DNA of 64,000 nucleotides from Octopus sinensis. Lineage: Eukaryota. The notes below the pieces were generated by a model. That model was given only the letters and a program-made list of their open reading frames with translations. It did no database searches and was not told the origin of the DNA. The stretch lies in assembly GCF_006345805.1 (NCBI RefSeq), contig NC_042998.1, positions 45,694,001-45,758,000 on the forward strand, read 5' to 3'. A program made the position numbers and the translations under genes. This document shows, one piece after another, positions 26,460 to 39,819 of this stretch. Position 1 is the first letter of the stretch, and each line of letters begins with the position of its first letter.

Positions 26460-26497
<38 letters not shown>

Positions 26498-26749
26498 TAT
26501 ATGTGTATATATATAGATATATATATACACACACATACATCTACACAAATGTTTATATATAGATGTATATATATACCTGTGTGTGTATATATTATATATA
26601 ATATATGTGTGTATATATATATATATATATAATATATGTGTGTATATATAGATATATATATATATATATATAATATATGTGTGTATATATAGATATATAT
26701 ATATATATATATACACACACATACATCTACATAAATGTTTATATATAGA

Positions 26750-27614
26750 CTAGCAGTATCGCCCGGCATTGCTCGGGTTTGTTTCGACCTGCTGGAATTG
26801 TAATTTTGAAAAGTAAAAATTTTGTGAACATTTTTCTGGTCGAAATACACCGAAAAGTGGCGACACAGCAGTGAAAAAATCGTAAAAAATAGGGATTTTC
26901 ATAGAAAAAAGCATCTTTTTGATGTAAATAATTTTTGGTGTTAACATGGTCCGATTTGAATTTTATGTTCTACGGAAGGAAGAGCAACCCTTCTTCTACC
27001 ATACTCTCAATTTTGGTCAACTTGCGCCGCAGGGTCTCGGAGGAGATAGTGTTAGTTGAAGGTTACCATTCTAGGTGCCTGAGTAACAACCTCGCGGATT
27101 TACAGATAAATGAATTAATTACTATTTTACAGAATAAAATTAAATAATTCTTGAAAATTAATTAATATTAATATTTTTTGAACAAAGTAAATAATTTTTA
27201 AAACTTAAATAATAATTTTTTTTACGCGAACGGGGAAAAGGGGGTGGCGAATTCGATTTACGTACCTAAATTTTTTCTTTTTCATGACATTGTAGCAAAA
27301 TAGTAGTGAATTATATAAATACCAGCAGTACATTTTTTTTTCTGGGTTATTTTTTTTCAACCTCGTCACATATTTGCCCCTTTCAATTTAAACAAAGTCT
27401 TAATTAAGCAATTACGGCAGCTTAGCAATGGTTTCAATACAGGCGTGACATCTGTATCTCAATTGTTCAAAACCCTTTGAATTTTTCGCACGTGATGATA
27501 TCATAGTGAAAACTTCAGTTATTTCTGTCTTTCACTCTGTCTGTCTCTTTACACACACTAACAAAAGCACTTCACTTACACACACACTTTCTGTGTCGCA
27601 CAACCCATCAAACA

Positions 27615-27646
<32 letters not shown>

Positions 27647-28189
27647 ACGCACCACATGTACATCAATGCTTTCGGAGTGAAATGTTAAAATATTGAGTTT
27701 TCTCGAATTTTGTCTTAATTGGGGGTGAAATTGAAAGAAATATATTATGGCATGAGCGAATGGAGTACTTTGAAAAATCTTAGGTAAATTCTAATTGAAG
27801 AAATTGTGTGAGGAGTAAATGGTTATGTATTTATTTGTTTCTGTTTGCTGTGTTTTTTTATTTTTGAGTAGTGGTTTAAATACTTTCAGTTTAGTCTTCC
27901 TCAAATCACTCTGTCGCTATTTACTTTCATTTTATTCGTTGCACACTGTGTGTGTGCGTTGCGTGTGCTGTAAACCAGACAAAGAAAAGCATTTGACATA
28001 CACACCAGAATGTGAGTTTTCTGTAAATTTTGCTTAATTGGAGTTTAAATTTTAAAAACTGGACCTGGATGACCCGATGCATTCTACTCTTAAAAATGCT
28101 AGGTAAATTGTAATTGAAGAAATCCTATATTGTAGATTTGTATAACTCCCAAAGGGAGGCAGATAAAATCTGCCTTTTATAATAAGAGA
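26750..28189 (-). mobile_element. Composite non-autonomous Helitron, 1.44 kb (5' part also at about 31200-31683)
   Basis: A|TC start at 28189, hairpin and CTAG|T at 26750; internal CA microsatellites and a duplicated 5'-like block. Confidence 0.7.
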
Positions 28190-28229
28190 TGTATATATAT
28201 AGATGTATATATAGATGTATATATAGATG

Positions 28230-28287
<58 letters not shown>

Positions 28288-28599
28288 ATATACACATGTA
28301 TATATATGCCAGCACCGCCCCGTTTCGTGTCCGTTGCCAGCCTCGCCTGGCCCTCGTGCCGGTGGCACATAAAAAGCACCATCCGTTCGTGGCCGTTTGC
28401 CAGCTCTGTCTGGCACCAGTGCGGGTGGCACGTAAAAAGCACCCACTACACTCACGGAGTGGTTGGCGTTAGGAAGGGCATCCAGCCGTAGAAACACTGC
28501 CAGATTTGACTGGGCCTGATGAAGCCTTCTGGCTTCACAGACCCCAGTAGAACCGTCCAACCCATGCTAGCATGGAAAACGGACGCATGATGATGATGA

Positions 28600-28809
28600 T
28601 ATGATATGTATATTATATATATATTATATATATATATATACATGTGTAATATATATATATATATACATGTGTAATATATAATATATATATATACATGTGT
28701 ATATATATATATATATACATGTGTATATATATATATATATACATGTGTTATATATATATAATACATGTGTTATATATATATATACATGTGTATATATATA
28801 TATATATAC

Positions 28810-28842
<33 letters not shown>

Positions 28843-29172
28843 CTGTGTATATATATATAATATATACATGTGTATATATATATATACATGTGTATATATA
28901 TATATATTACATGTGTATATATATATATATATACATGTGTATATATATAAAATAAATATATATATATACATGTGTATATATATATATATTAGTATTTTGT
29001 CTATATATATATATATGTGTGTGTATATATATATATATATAATTATATGTGTATATATATATATATATATGTGTGTATATATATATATATATATAGTGTG
29101 TATATATATATATATGTTGGTATATATATAATATATATATATATATTATGTGTATATATATATATAATAATA

Positions 29173-29205
<33 letters not shown>

Positions 29206-29228
29206 GTGTGTATATATATATATATATA

Positions 29229-29267
<39 letters not shown>

Positions 29268-29334
29268 ATATATATATATATATATATGTGTGTGTATATA
29301 TATATATATATGTGTGTGTATATATATATATATA

Positions 29335-29401
<67 letters not shown>

Positions 29402-29423
29402 ATTATATATATATATATATATA

Positions 29424-29456
<33 letters not shown>

Positions 29457-29463
29457 TATTATA

Positions 29464-29504
<41 letters not shown>

Positions 29505-29726
29505 TGTGTATATATATGTAGATATATATATATGTATATAATATGTATATATATATATGTATATATATATGATATATATATATATGTATATATATATGTA
29601 TATATATATATATGTATATATATATGTATATATATATATATGTATATTATATGTAATATATATGTAATATATATGTATATATATATGTATATATATATGT
29701 ATATATACTGTATATATATACATGTA
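28600..29726. repeat. 1.1-kb compound (TA)n microsatellite with CATG/GTGT interruptions
   Basis: Seen directly; source of the poly-YI ORFs. Confidence 0.95.
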
Positions 29727-30121
29727 CTAGCAGTATCGCCTGGCGTTGCTCGGGTTTGTAAGGGAAATAATTATATAAGCATTTTTAGAGAGTGTAAAGT
29801 ATAATAGCCATCTCAATATGGCTAACCACAAAGGGGGAGGGGTGTTACTGTAGCTTTTTACGTTCTGAGATTTAATAATAAATTTTAGAGAGTTACTTCC
29901 CTTATATATGTCAAAAATGGATTAAAAATGGGAAAAATTGATGGTAAATTTTTTTTTTAATCGTAGACTCATCGTAGACGCGCGCTAATACCCAGACGGT
30001 CTCGATATGAATCACGACTATAAGATACCCGGTTTTGGTTAAACTGCACCGCAAAATGTGGGAGTAGTTAGGAATCTAAAGCGTAGGGACAGACACACAA
30101 CCTCACTTTTATATATAAAGA
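29727..30121 (-). mobile_element. Non-autonomous Helitron
   Basis: A|TC...CCCGAGCAACGCCAGG hairpin...CTAG|T on - strand. Confidence 0.75.
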
Positions 30122-30217
30122 TTTCCTCTATTTACATAATATTGAGGTCTCTTTCTTCTTTTGTTATCTTACTGTTTTTACCAATATACATATATATATA
30201 TATATATAATATATATA

Positions 30218-30542
30218 TAGTTACAGAGATGTACTTGCATAGCAAGTGACTTGATCTGAGATCGTGTGCTGGAACGAAAACAGTTGCAGCGTTGAAGGTG
30301 TTTATAAGCCATTTAAGAAACACACAAAAACCGTTAGATTCACTTCAACATTTAAATTTAATTTGTCAAAATATTTTCGTCGCTTTGAGACCGCGACCTG
30401 TTAGCACGATATTTTGTCAGTGAACAGGTCGCGGTCTGAAAGCGACGAAAATATTTTGGCAAATTAAATTTAAATGTTGAAGTGAATGTAACGGTTTTTG
30501 TGTGTGTTCTTAAATGGCTTACAAACACCTTCCACGCTGCAA
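30218..30542. mobile_element. Fold-back Penelope-type element, same family as 2431-2651
   Basis: Arms 30284-30402 / 30423-30542 (about 120 bp, few mismatches), 20-nt spacer. Confidence 0.75.
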
Positions 30543-30911
30543 TATATATATACACACACATATATATATATGTATGTATGTATGTATGTGTGTATATGTG
30601 TATGCATGGTGTGTGTGTGTGTGTGCGTGTCTGTGCTTGTGATTGTCCTCCACCACTGCTTGACAACGAATGTTGGTTTGTTTACATCCCTGTCACCTAG
30701 TGGTTTGACAAAGGAAACAGATAGAATAAGTACAATGCTTACAAAAATAAAACTGGAGTTGATTCATTAAACTACAATTCTTCAAGGCATTGCCCCAGCA
30801 TGGCCACAGACCAATGGCTGGAAAAAGCAGAAGAATAAAAGTATACATTCTCTGCTTTGGTCTTATGTTCAAGGCATGAGAAAGCTTGAGTTTACATGAG
30901 AAGGCCTAACA

Positions 30912-31175
30912 GACCTGGTAGAAACAGCAGCCAAATCTCCTCAAATCACACCTTACTGTCTTATGTATGTATATATATATGAGCCAATGAGGGGGACCTC
31001 TACATGGTAGCTAGACCTGGTAGAAATAGCAGCCAAATTTCCCCCAAATCACACCTTACTGTCTTATCTATGTATATATGTATGTATGAGCCTATGAGGG
31101 AGACCCCTACATGGCAGCTAGACATGGTAGAAATAGCAGCCAAATCTCCCTCAAATCACACCTTACTGTCTTATC
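30912..31175. repeat. Tandem triplication of a ~102-107-bp repeat fragment
   Basis: GAC(C/A)TGGTAGAAA(C/T)AGCAGCCAAAT...TCACACCTTACTGTCTTAT starts at 30912, 31014, 31121. Confidence 0.85.
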
Positions 31176-32453
31176 TTTCTGCTACTTGGATATAGGTCTT
31201 CGTCGTAAAAAAACTTTCCTGTCACACACTCACGCACACGCACACACACACACACACACACGCACCCTCACACACACACACACGTGCACACACACACACA
31301 CACTCACACACACGCACGTTAGCTTACAATTTTATTTATATATTTGCGTGTGTATGTGTGGAAAGGGGAAGCGGGAGGCAGAGTGGAAGAATCACTCACT
31401 ACAGTAAGTGAATTAGTTTCATTTTATTCGTTGCCCACTGTGTGTGTGCGTTTGTGTGTGGTGTAAACCAGACTAAGAAAAGCATTTGACACACACACCA
31501 GAATGTGAGTTTTCTGTAAATTTTGCTTAATTGGAGTTTAAATTTTAAAAACTGGACCTGGCATGACGCGATGCATTGTACTCTTAAAAAAGCTAGGTAA
31601 ATTGTAATTGAAGAAATCCTATATTGTAGATTTGTATAACTCCCAAAGGGAGGCAGATAAAATCTGCCTTTTATAATAAGAGATATATGTATATGTATAG
31701 ATGTACATATATATAGATGTATATGTATACATGTATATGTGTAGATGTATATATATATATAACGGGAAGCTTTATGAAAATAAACAAAAGACGAAGGCAG
31801 GTGGAGTACAAACAAACAATTGTATTAGTATGGCGCTCAGGAATGGAAATAAAACAAGTCTTTTACGTTTTGAGCCTACGCTCTTCAACAGAAAAGAAAC
31901 ACGGAGAGAAACAAGGAGAGAAAAAAAATGCGTGCAGAAGCTAGCGAATCAACATGGCGATCTATATATATATATAGATGTACATGTAATATGTACACAC
32001 ATATGTATACATGCATACATATATACACCCATACACACAACACACACACACACACATACATAGGTGCAGGTGTGGCTGTGTGGTAAGAAACTTGGTTCTA
32101 AAACACATGGTCCTGGTTTCAGTACCACTGTGTGGTGACTTGGCATGTGTCTTCTGCTATAGCCTCAGACCAACCAAAGCCTTGTGAGTGGACTGAAAGA
32201 AATCAATCGTATATATATGTATGTATACATGTAAGTGTATGTGTGTGTCTTTGTCTCTGTGTTTCTCCCTCATCACTGCCTCACAACTGCTGTTCGTTTA
32301 TTTTCATCCCCATAACTTACTGGTTTTACAAAAAGAAACTGATAGAATAAGTTCCAGGCTTATCAAAAAATAAAAAAAAAAGCACTAGGCAGTGTTTCAT
32401 ATTTCTGTTTGCCCACTCAGTTGTATCTATCACTCTATCTTTGTGTGCATGCA

Positions 32454-32510
<57 letters not shown>

Positions 32511-32559
32511 CACACTATTTGAGCATGGCCGTTGCCAGTACCGTGCTGCATCTATATAT

Positions 32560-32592
<33 letters not shown>

Positions 32593-32599
32593 GTATATG

Positions 32600-33218
32600 A
32601 AAACGTGTCACACCCTAGCAGTAGGGGGAACCTGTGGAAGAGGTAGAGCCAGGAAGACCTGGGATGAGCTGGTGAAGCACGAGCTTCGAACGTTGGGCCA
32701 CACTGAAGCAATGACAAGTGGCCGAGACCTTTGGAGATATGCTGTGCTTGAGAAGACCTGGCAAGTGAGACCGTAACCATGGCATATGCCAGTGTAGCAT
32801 AACCAGCCCATTTAAGTGTACTCTTCAATCATTGGGCAATGAACTGTGCTTGAGAAGACATGTTGAGTCAAGTGAAGTCATTGCTGTGACCGATGCCAGT
32901 ACCGCCTGACTGGCTCCAGTGCCAGTGGTATGTAAAAAGCACCATTTGAGTGTGGTCGATACCAGTGCTGCCTGATTGGTCCTGTGCTGGTGGCACGTAA
33001 AAAGCACCATTTGAGCATGGTTGTTTCCAGTGCCACCTGACCAGCCCTCATGCCAGTGGCATGTAAAAAGCACCCACTACACTCTTGGAATGGTTGGCGT
33101 TAGGGAGGGCATCAGTCTGTAGAAACTTTGCCAGATCAGATTGGAGCCTGGTATAGTCAAATCGTCCAACCCATGCCAGCATGAAAAGTGGACGTTAAGC
33201 GACGACAATGATGATGAT
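32600..33218 (+). mobile_element. 5'-truncated RTE LINE: RT-ORF C-terminus, 3' UTR and (GAT)n tail. Shorter 3' UTR copies at about 17375-17597, 20680-20868, 24975-25292, 28306-28600, 34600-34857, 39860-40152, 49165-49752(-), 60345-60624
   Basis: GRGRARKTWDELVKHELRTL...RDLWRYAVLEKT is RTE C-terminus-like; followed by GTTAGGAAGGGCATCCAG-type UTR and ATG repeats. Confidence 0.75.
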
Positions 33219-35376
33219 GTATCTTTATGTCTGTTTGTCCCCCACCATTGCTTGACAACTGATTTTGGTGTGTTTATTTAGTGGTTCAGCAAAAGAGACT
33301 GATATAATAAGTACTAGGCTTACAAAGAATAAGTTCTGGGGTTGATTTCTTCAACTGAAACCCTTTAAGGCAGTGCCCCAGCATGGCCACAGTCAAATGA
33401 CTGAAACACGTACAAGAATAAATGGAATTTTCTCTTTTATTGTAGTCTATTGACTCTTAATGCAGTGAGTGAGTTGGCCGAATTATTAGCATGTTGGCCA
33501 AAGTACTTAGCAGAACTACTTCTGGTTCAAATTCCATTGAGGTCAACCTTGCTTTCATCCTTTTGAGGTTGATAAATAAGTACCAGTTGAACACTGGGTT
33601 TGATGTAATCAACTAACCTCTCCTCTCAAAATTGCTGGCCTTGTGCAAAAATCAGAAAGGTTTACTGTCTAGTGACTCTGCAAACTGCTATCTCTGTCAC
33701 ATCATAATAAGATAAGAGTAGCTGTTATTGAGGAGTGGCTTTTTGTTAAAGCTGTGATTATCGCTTACTGTAAGTGTGTAATCTGAAGAAAGACGAACAC
33801 AAACAAGCAAGGAAAACCATAGAAAAGTATCTTTCAAGGTGATCAAATATCCTAAGAAGTGTAATGGATACATCAGTTTATCAAATGAAACTTGGGCGGT
33901 ATCAAATAATGACCTGTAGTATTTAGTACAAAATGTGTGTTGATTTCATTGAATTGTTGTAAATAGGTTTGACTATCCTAAGTACCTGTAATTTTTAATG
34001 CTTTGCATTTTTTTTTAATACAAGTTTTCATTTTTGTATACATATATTTATTTTTTCACAATTTTCAAATCTGTTAAATGTTCTAAAAATTTGGATAGAT
34101 AGTTGCACAAATAGTTCAACATTATGTAATGTACCATTAAATGTATGGATGATCATTGTCGAACTAAATATCACACATCGCTAAATATCTAAACCACCAC
34201 TACCACCACCATCATCACCACTATCTGTTAAGCTTAGAAGTCTTAGTATTATATCATTTTCAGTTTTGATCAAATTTTCGTCACACCTTTAAATTTTTGT
34301 ATTCCCTCCTAGAGGGGACAGGAGATGGGTGTAATTTGATGAATTTATTGTAGTTAATGTTCAGTTTGAACTGTTGAAGGTTAATTTTGATTGTCTCAAG
34401 TTAGCTCTGACTGAGCTGGCCAGAGGTGTCCCAGAAATGACCATAAAGTTCTGGTTAAGTTATGAAAGAAGGCACCTGACAAATTTATAATCACAAAATG
34501 TTCCCGCCATAGCGGTTTGGAAGTGTCAATCCAACCGAGGCTTTCACTCCTTTTGTCACTTTATAGTAACTATACTAAAATATTATATGTTCTGGTACCT
34601 GTGCCGGTGGCATGTGTAAAAAGATTCGAGTGAGGTTGTTGCCAGTACCGCCTGACTGGCCCTCGTGCCAGTGGCATGTAAGAAGCACCCACTACACTCT
34701 TGGAGTGGTTGGTGTTAGGAAGGGCATCCAGCTGTAGAAACTCTGCCAGATCAAGATTGGAGCCTGGTGCAGCAATCTGGTTCGCCAGCCCTCAGTCAAA
34801 TCATCCAACCCATGCTAGCATGGAAAGCGGACGTTAAACGATGATGTTGATGATGTTGAAATGTACTGTTAAGACTGTTGAAAAGGTTGCAAGACGCAAC
34901 GAAAATTTTAGGAAAACAAAAATAAGAAATAAGTGGAAATTTTACCGGTGAGTGTGTTACATTATAAGGCACAAAAAGAAAATGACTCTCCCCAGACACA
35001 ACAGTATACTGCCTTTGTTTCAATAAATTTTGAAAATACTGAACAATTTAGTCAAATAATTTTGTTGTCATTATTAAGATGGTGTTTAGGATGGCAAGCT
35101 GGCAGAGTTATTAGCACACTGGGTAAAATGCTTAACAGCATTTTGCCTTGTCTTTACATTCTGAGTTCAAATTCCACCAAGGTAGAGCTTACTTTTTATC
35201 ATTTTGGGGCCAATAAAATAAGCACCAGTTGACTACTTTGGTTGATGTAAATGACTTATACCTTTCCATGAAATTGCTGGCCTTGTGCCAACATTTGAAG
35301 CCATTATTAAGATGGTGTTTGGAACATATATTAACATGAAATTTTGACTGGAGATTTTAATTTGCCTCATTTTTAA

Positions 35377-35572
35377 CCCTTTAGTATTTAAATCAGCCAT
35401 TAGCCTGCCCAAATATTCTAACTTATTTTCTGTTCAGACCAGCCAGACTCGGCCTCTCATAACTACCCTACAGTGTCATTCTGAAAATAAATAATTACAT
35501 CATCAAAATTTCAGAGCTACAAGGTAATGGATGAAGCATCACAATTGACAAAATAATCTGATTACTAAAGGG
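35377..35572. mobile_element. piggyBac-type MITE (also 37186-37809 with SINE insertion)
   Basis: TTAA|CCCTTTAG...CTAAAGGG|TTAA. Confidence 0.7.
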
Positions 35573-36015
35573 TTAAGCACTGTGGAGGTGCAATGGCCCA
35601 GTGGTTAGGGCAGCGGACTCACAGTTGTGTGTTTATTGAGCGAAAACACCTAAAGCTCCACGAGGCTCTGGCAGGGGGGGGGGGGGTGGCGACCCCTGTT
35701 GTACTCTTTTGCCCCAACTTTCTCTCACTCTCTCTTCCTGTTTCTTGAGTAACGCTGCAATGGACTGGTGTCCCATCCAGCTGGGGGAACACATATGTCA
35801 CAGAAACCGGGAAACCAGGCCCATGAATCTGGCTAGGCTTGAAAAGGGCACATAAAAACAAAGGGTTAAACAGGAAATTTGTATCACAAAAATAAGGCTT
35901 GTCTCAAGTGCATTGATATCAGAAGGGTTAAGTAATATTGCAGCACTATCTTGTACTATGTTACTATCTCCTCCTCCTCTGTTTTTTTTTTATTTATTAA
36001 AGAGTAAAGAGTAAA

Positions 36016-36335
36016 AGATCCCCTTTGGTCATGAATGACCATGAGATTGCATATTGAAAGTTACCCTCTGAGGCACAAGTCTGCACATGGAAGACCATCC
36101 CATGTGTACCAGCCGCCCCTCTCCACACCACCAAGGGAAAGGCAAAGGCTGATGCAGCTTGGCACCAGTGACGTTGCAACTCATTTCTGTAGCTGTATGA
36201 ACTGGAATAACATGAAGTAAATTGTCTTGCTCAAGAACAAAACACACAGTCCAGTCCGGGAATCAAATTCATTACCTCATGATTTTGAACCCAATACTCT
36301 AACCACTGAGCTACATGTGAGCCACATGCCTTCAC
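36016..36335 (-). mobile_element. SINE family D (partial copy about 6837-7030)
   Basis: tRNA-like head on - strand, TTGAGCAAGAC core, shared CCAAGGGAAAGGCAAAGG body. Confidence 0.65.
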
Positions 36336-36371
36336 TTTTTTCCATTAAGTAATATATAATTTTTGAGTATA

Positions 36372-36620
36372 AAATTAAATGGTAGTAAGAAATTCTCATT
36401 CGAGGATATATGAGCTAGTGGCCTTACGCCTTAGCCTCTCTGTTTCTACCATGAAAGGTTGTATTTGCTATTAGCACATCGCTGGCCTAGATGAAATTAA
36501 ATAGTAGTAAGAAATTCTCATTCGAGGATATATGAGCCAGTGGCCTTACGCCTTAGCCTCTCTGTTACTACCATGAAAGGTTGTATTTGATATTAGCACA
36601 CGGCTGGCCTAGATGAAATT
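36372..36620. repeat. Two-copy tandem duplication, 122-bp period
   Basis: GTAGTAAGAAATTCTCATTCGAGG at 36382 and 36504. Confidence 0.9.
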
Positions 36621-39600
36621 CTAGTCTGACATATATGATTACAATACTCTTATCTACTTTCTAAATTCTCCTCATACAGTATTACAAATCATCCAACTAG
36701 TGAATTGGCAAGTCAGATTGACTGTCTTATAGTGTTTATTCCAGTTGTCTTTTCAGATCCTGCTGAAGTCAAATTTGTGTTTCATTTAAAATTATAATAA
36801 TACTCAACTTATTGTATAAAGTGCTCAGGTGCACTACAACTCACCAGAAAAAGTAGCCAAGAGTGCTCGAACAGTACATAGAATAATGCATAGAAAGTGA
36901 ACAGTGGACGAGTTGTTTAAATAAAGTTTTGGGGTGAGGGACATCAGATGTACTGTTGGCGAATTACGGGAAGCAAGGAGGTTTTGAAAGATGTAGTGTC
37001 CCTAGAGCTAACAACTGATGTGGGTAGTTTTTTTTCCATGCTTCAGCAATTCTTAATTCTTAGTGTGAAAAAAACCTTTTCGAAAGCCATGGGTGCTGTG
37101 TTGTTTTTTGATTTCTCTGATGGGGGTGTGTGTGTGATAAAAATGTGAGTAATAATCCAGATTGGTGCTTTAACAGAACTGTTAACCCATTTGATATCAA
37201 TCTGCCTGAGACTGCCCCTGGTTCTGTAATATAAACTTACTGTTTTAAAGTGATTTAAATTAAAACCTCCCATCAAAACTTAATTTATGTTCCAAACCTC
37301 AGCTTAATATTTTTTTTATTCGTTTATCCTTTTACTTGTTTCAGTAGCTTGACTGCAGCCATGCTGGAGCACTGCATTGAAAGTTTTTAGTTGAACAAAT
37401 TAACCCCAGAATTTATTTTTAAGCCTACTACTTATTCTATCGGTCTCTTTTGCTGAACCACTAAGTTACGGGGACGTAAACACACCAACACCAATTGTTA
37501 AGCAGTGATGGGGGGGGGACAAACAGAGACACAAAGATACATACATATTACATATACATATGATGGGCTTCTTTCAGTTTCCGTCTATCAAATCCACTCA
37601 TAAGGTTTTAGTTGGCCTGAGGTGATAGTAGAAGATATTGCCCAAGATGCCATGCAATGGGACTGAACCTGGAACTATGTGGTTGGGAAGCAAGCTTCTT
37701 ACCACACAGCCATGCCTGTGCCTATAGTAAAATTATTTTATTCTTCATTATTTCAGAATTAATTAAAACAAAATCAGTGTATTTCTACAGAAATATGGTA
37801 ATGAAAGGGTTAAGAATCTGAGAGTGGTTGCCTTGCAGTATTTATTTCTGCTTTTAGCATTTTGTGTTTGGATCCTGCCATGACCTACCTGGGTGACTGA
37901 CTTAATTTATTATTGTTAAAAATACCTAAGGTACCAGGCAACCGAGTCCATTTCCTTTGCAAGCATTGAGGCCAGGTCTCCACTTTGAAGTTACCTTACT
38001 CTCTCCCTCTTACTAGTCTCAGGGGGATGAGGGACAGTAAAGAAACATAGGCATTGCCTTCCCTCTTGACTAAAAGTAAGAAACAAATTGATTAAATTCT
38101 CCTAATATTGTGCACCATATGTAGTAAAGAGAAAGCTGGGTTGTTGAATGTATTTGAATTTCACTGTTTATCTTAACCATGATAAGGCTATTTTCATGTT
38201 ATTGACATACTAGGACGCGCTTAACTGATAAGTTGAACAACTTCAGTTGCTGTTTGTTTATTGATAGTCTATTTTGAATTAAGTATGGCTCTTCTGCAAT
38301 AATACTGGTACTTTTGAAGTTCTGGATAGTAACTTCTCACTGAGAATTTGAGTAAGTGTTAGCATGTTATATTTTATATATATATGTCAGCAACACTTAT
38401 ATGATTAGCACAACAAAGAAACAATTTTTATAAGAAGTTTTCATTAAATAGGCACAGACATTGGTGTGTCGTTAAGAAGCTCATTTTGTAACCACTTGGT
38501 TTTGGGTTCAGTCCCATTGTGTGCTACCTTGGGCAAGTGTCTTCTATTATAACCCCAGGCCAACCAATGAGTGAACTTTGTTGATGGAAGCTTGTTTTTA
38601 TACATACATACATACATACATGCATGCATGTCACCGACATGGACGCCAGTCAGGCGGCGCTGGCATCTGCCACGTTCGGACAGTGCTTTTTACATGTCAC
38701 CGGCATGGGTATCTTAACTACAATTTCCATTTGATTTTTATTTTGATGTTGGTGTTGACGTAGGGGCCCTTAAAATACTATTGTGGATCTCCAATTTACT
38801 ATTTTGTTGTGTAGACCCCTGCAAAATCTTATATGGACCCCAGTTGAGAACCACCGCTTTAAAAGAATCCATTCTATACTATGCTTTCCGATTAGTATTC
38901 CATTCTGAGGAGAACACAATATCTTGATGTACTGCTCCTTACTGCAGCTTCTTTATCAGCTATGACTTCTTCCTCTCTTACCAGTAGTCAGTTTCAAAAA
39001 CCTTGCAAAAAGGTCACAAGCATTGCTTTCCTTTCTCTGACTGAACTGTCATCATCATCATCATTGTTTAATATCCACTTATTTTGCTTTGTACCCATCA
39101 TGCCACCAATATCAGAAAGACCTTTTAATTAATTCTGGGGACTTAGTAATCACCTGATTCTTGTTATATATCTGATTATTTTAAGTTTCTTTTGTCATCA
39201 CTTGAGCAGAACAACTTAATAAAATTTAAAAAAAAATATGAATAAAATGTACATGATACACCAATTAGAATTGAGGGCAAATTGACTTTTTTTTTGTTTG
39301 CTTATTCAGCAGAAGGGCAGTATCCTTAATTTTTTATAAAGCTTCCTGTAACTATAACATATCAGTAGAAGAGGAAGAGGTGAAAAGTAGGGAGAAGAAA
39401 AAAAAAGAAAAGAGATGATTTGTACAGGACAATGGGAGGAAATAGTGAAGCATGAATTAGAGGAACAATGGGGAACTGGAGATAAAGTTGGTAGAGTGAT
39501 TAGAAGATAAGTAGGTATGTATGGAAGATGTTGGGTGAGATTGAGAAAGTAGAATTTAATGAGATATCTTCTATCATTTCCTTGATTCAGTCATTGAACT

Positions 39601-39783
39601 GCAGCCAAGCTGGGGCTCTTCTTTGAAGGGTGTATTCAAATAAATCAATCCCAATTTCTTTTTTTTTTTAAGCCTGTGAATTTTTTTTTTTGTATAACAG
39701 GGACTTAAACAAAACCAACACTGGTTGTGAAGTGGTGGTTGGGGACAAACATAACAAACACACACAGATAAATAAATAAATAA

Positions 39784-39819
<36 letters not shown>

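Noticed and set aside
26408-29804. Long YI/VCI-rich ORFs up to 218 aa
   Set aside because: Translations of TA/TG microsatellites; stop-poor by composition.
33782-33919. 45-codon + open frame followed by UTR-like DNA as ANAPC4 last exon
   Set aside because: No credible acceptor and no APC4 similarity.
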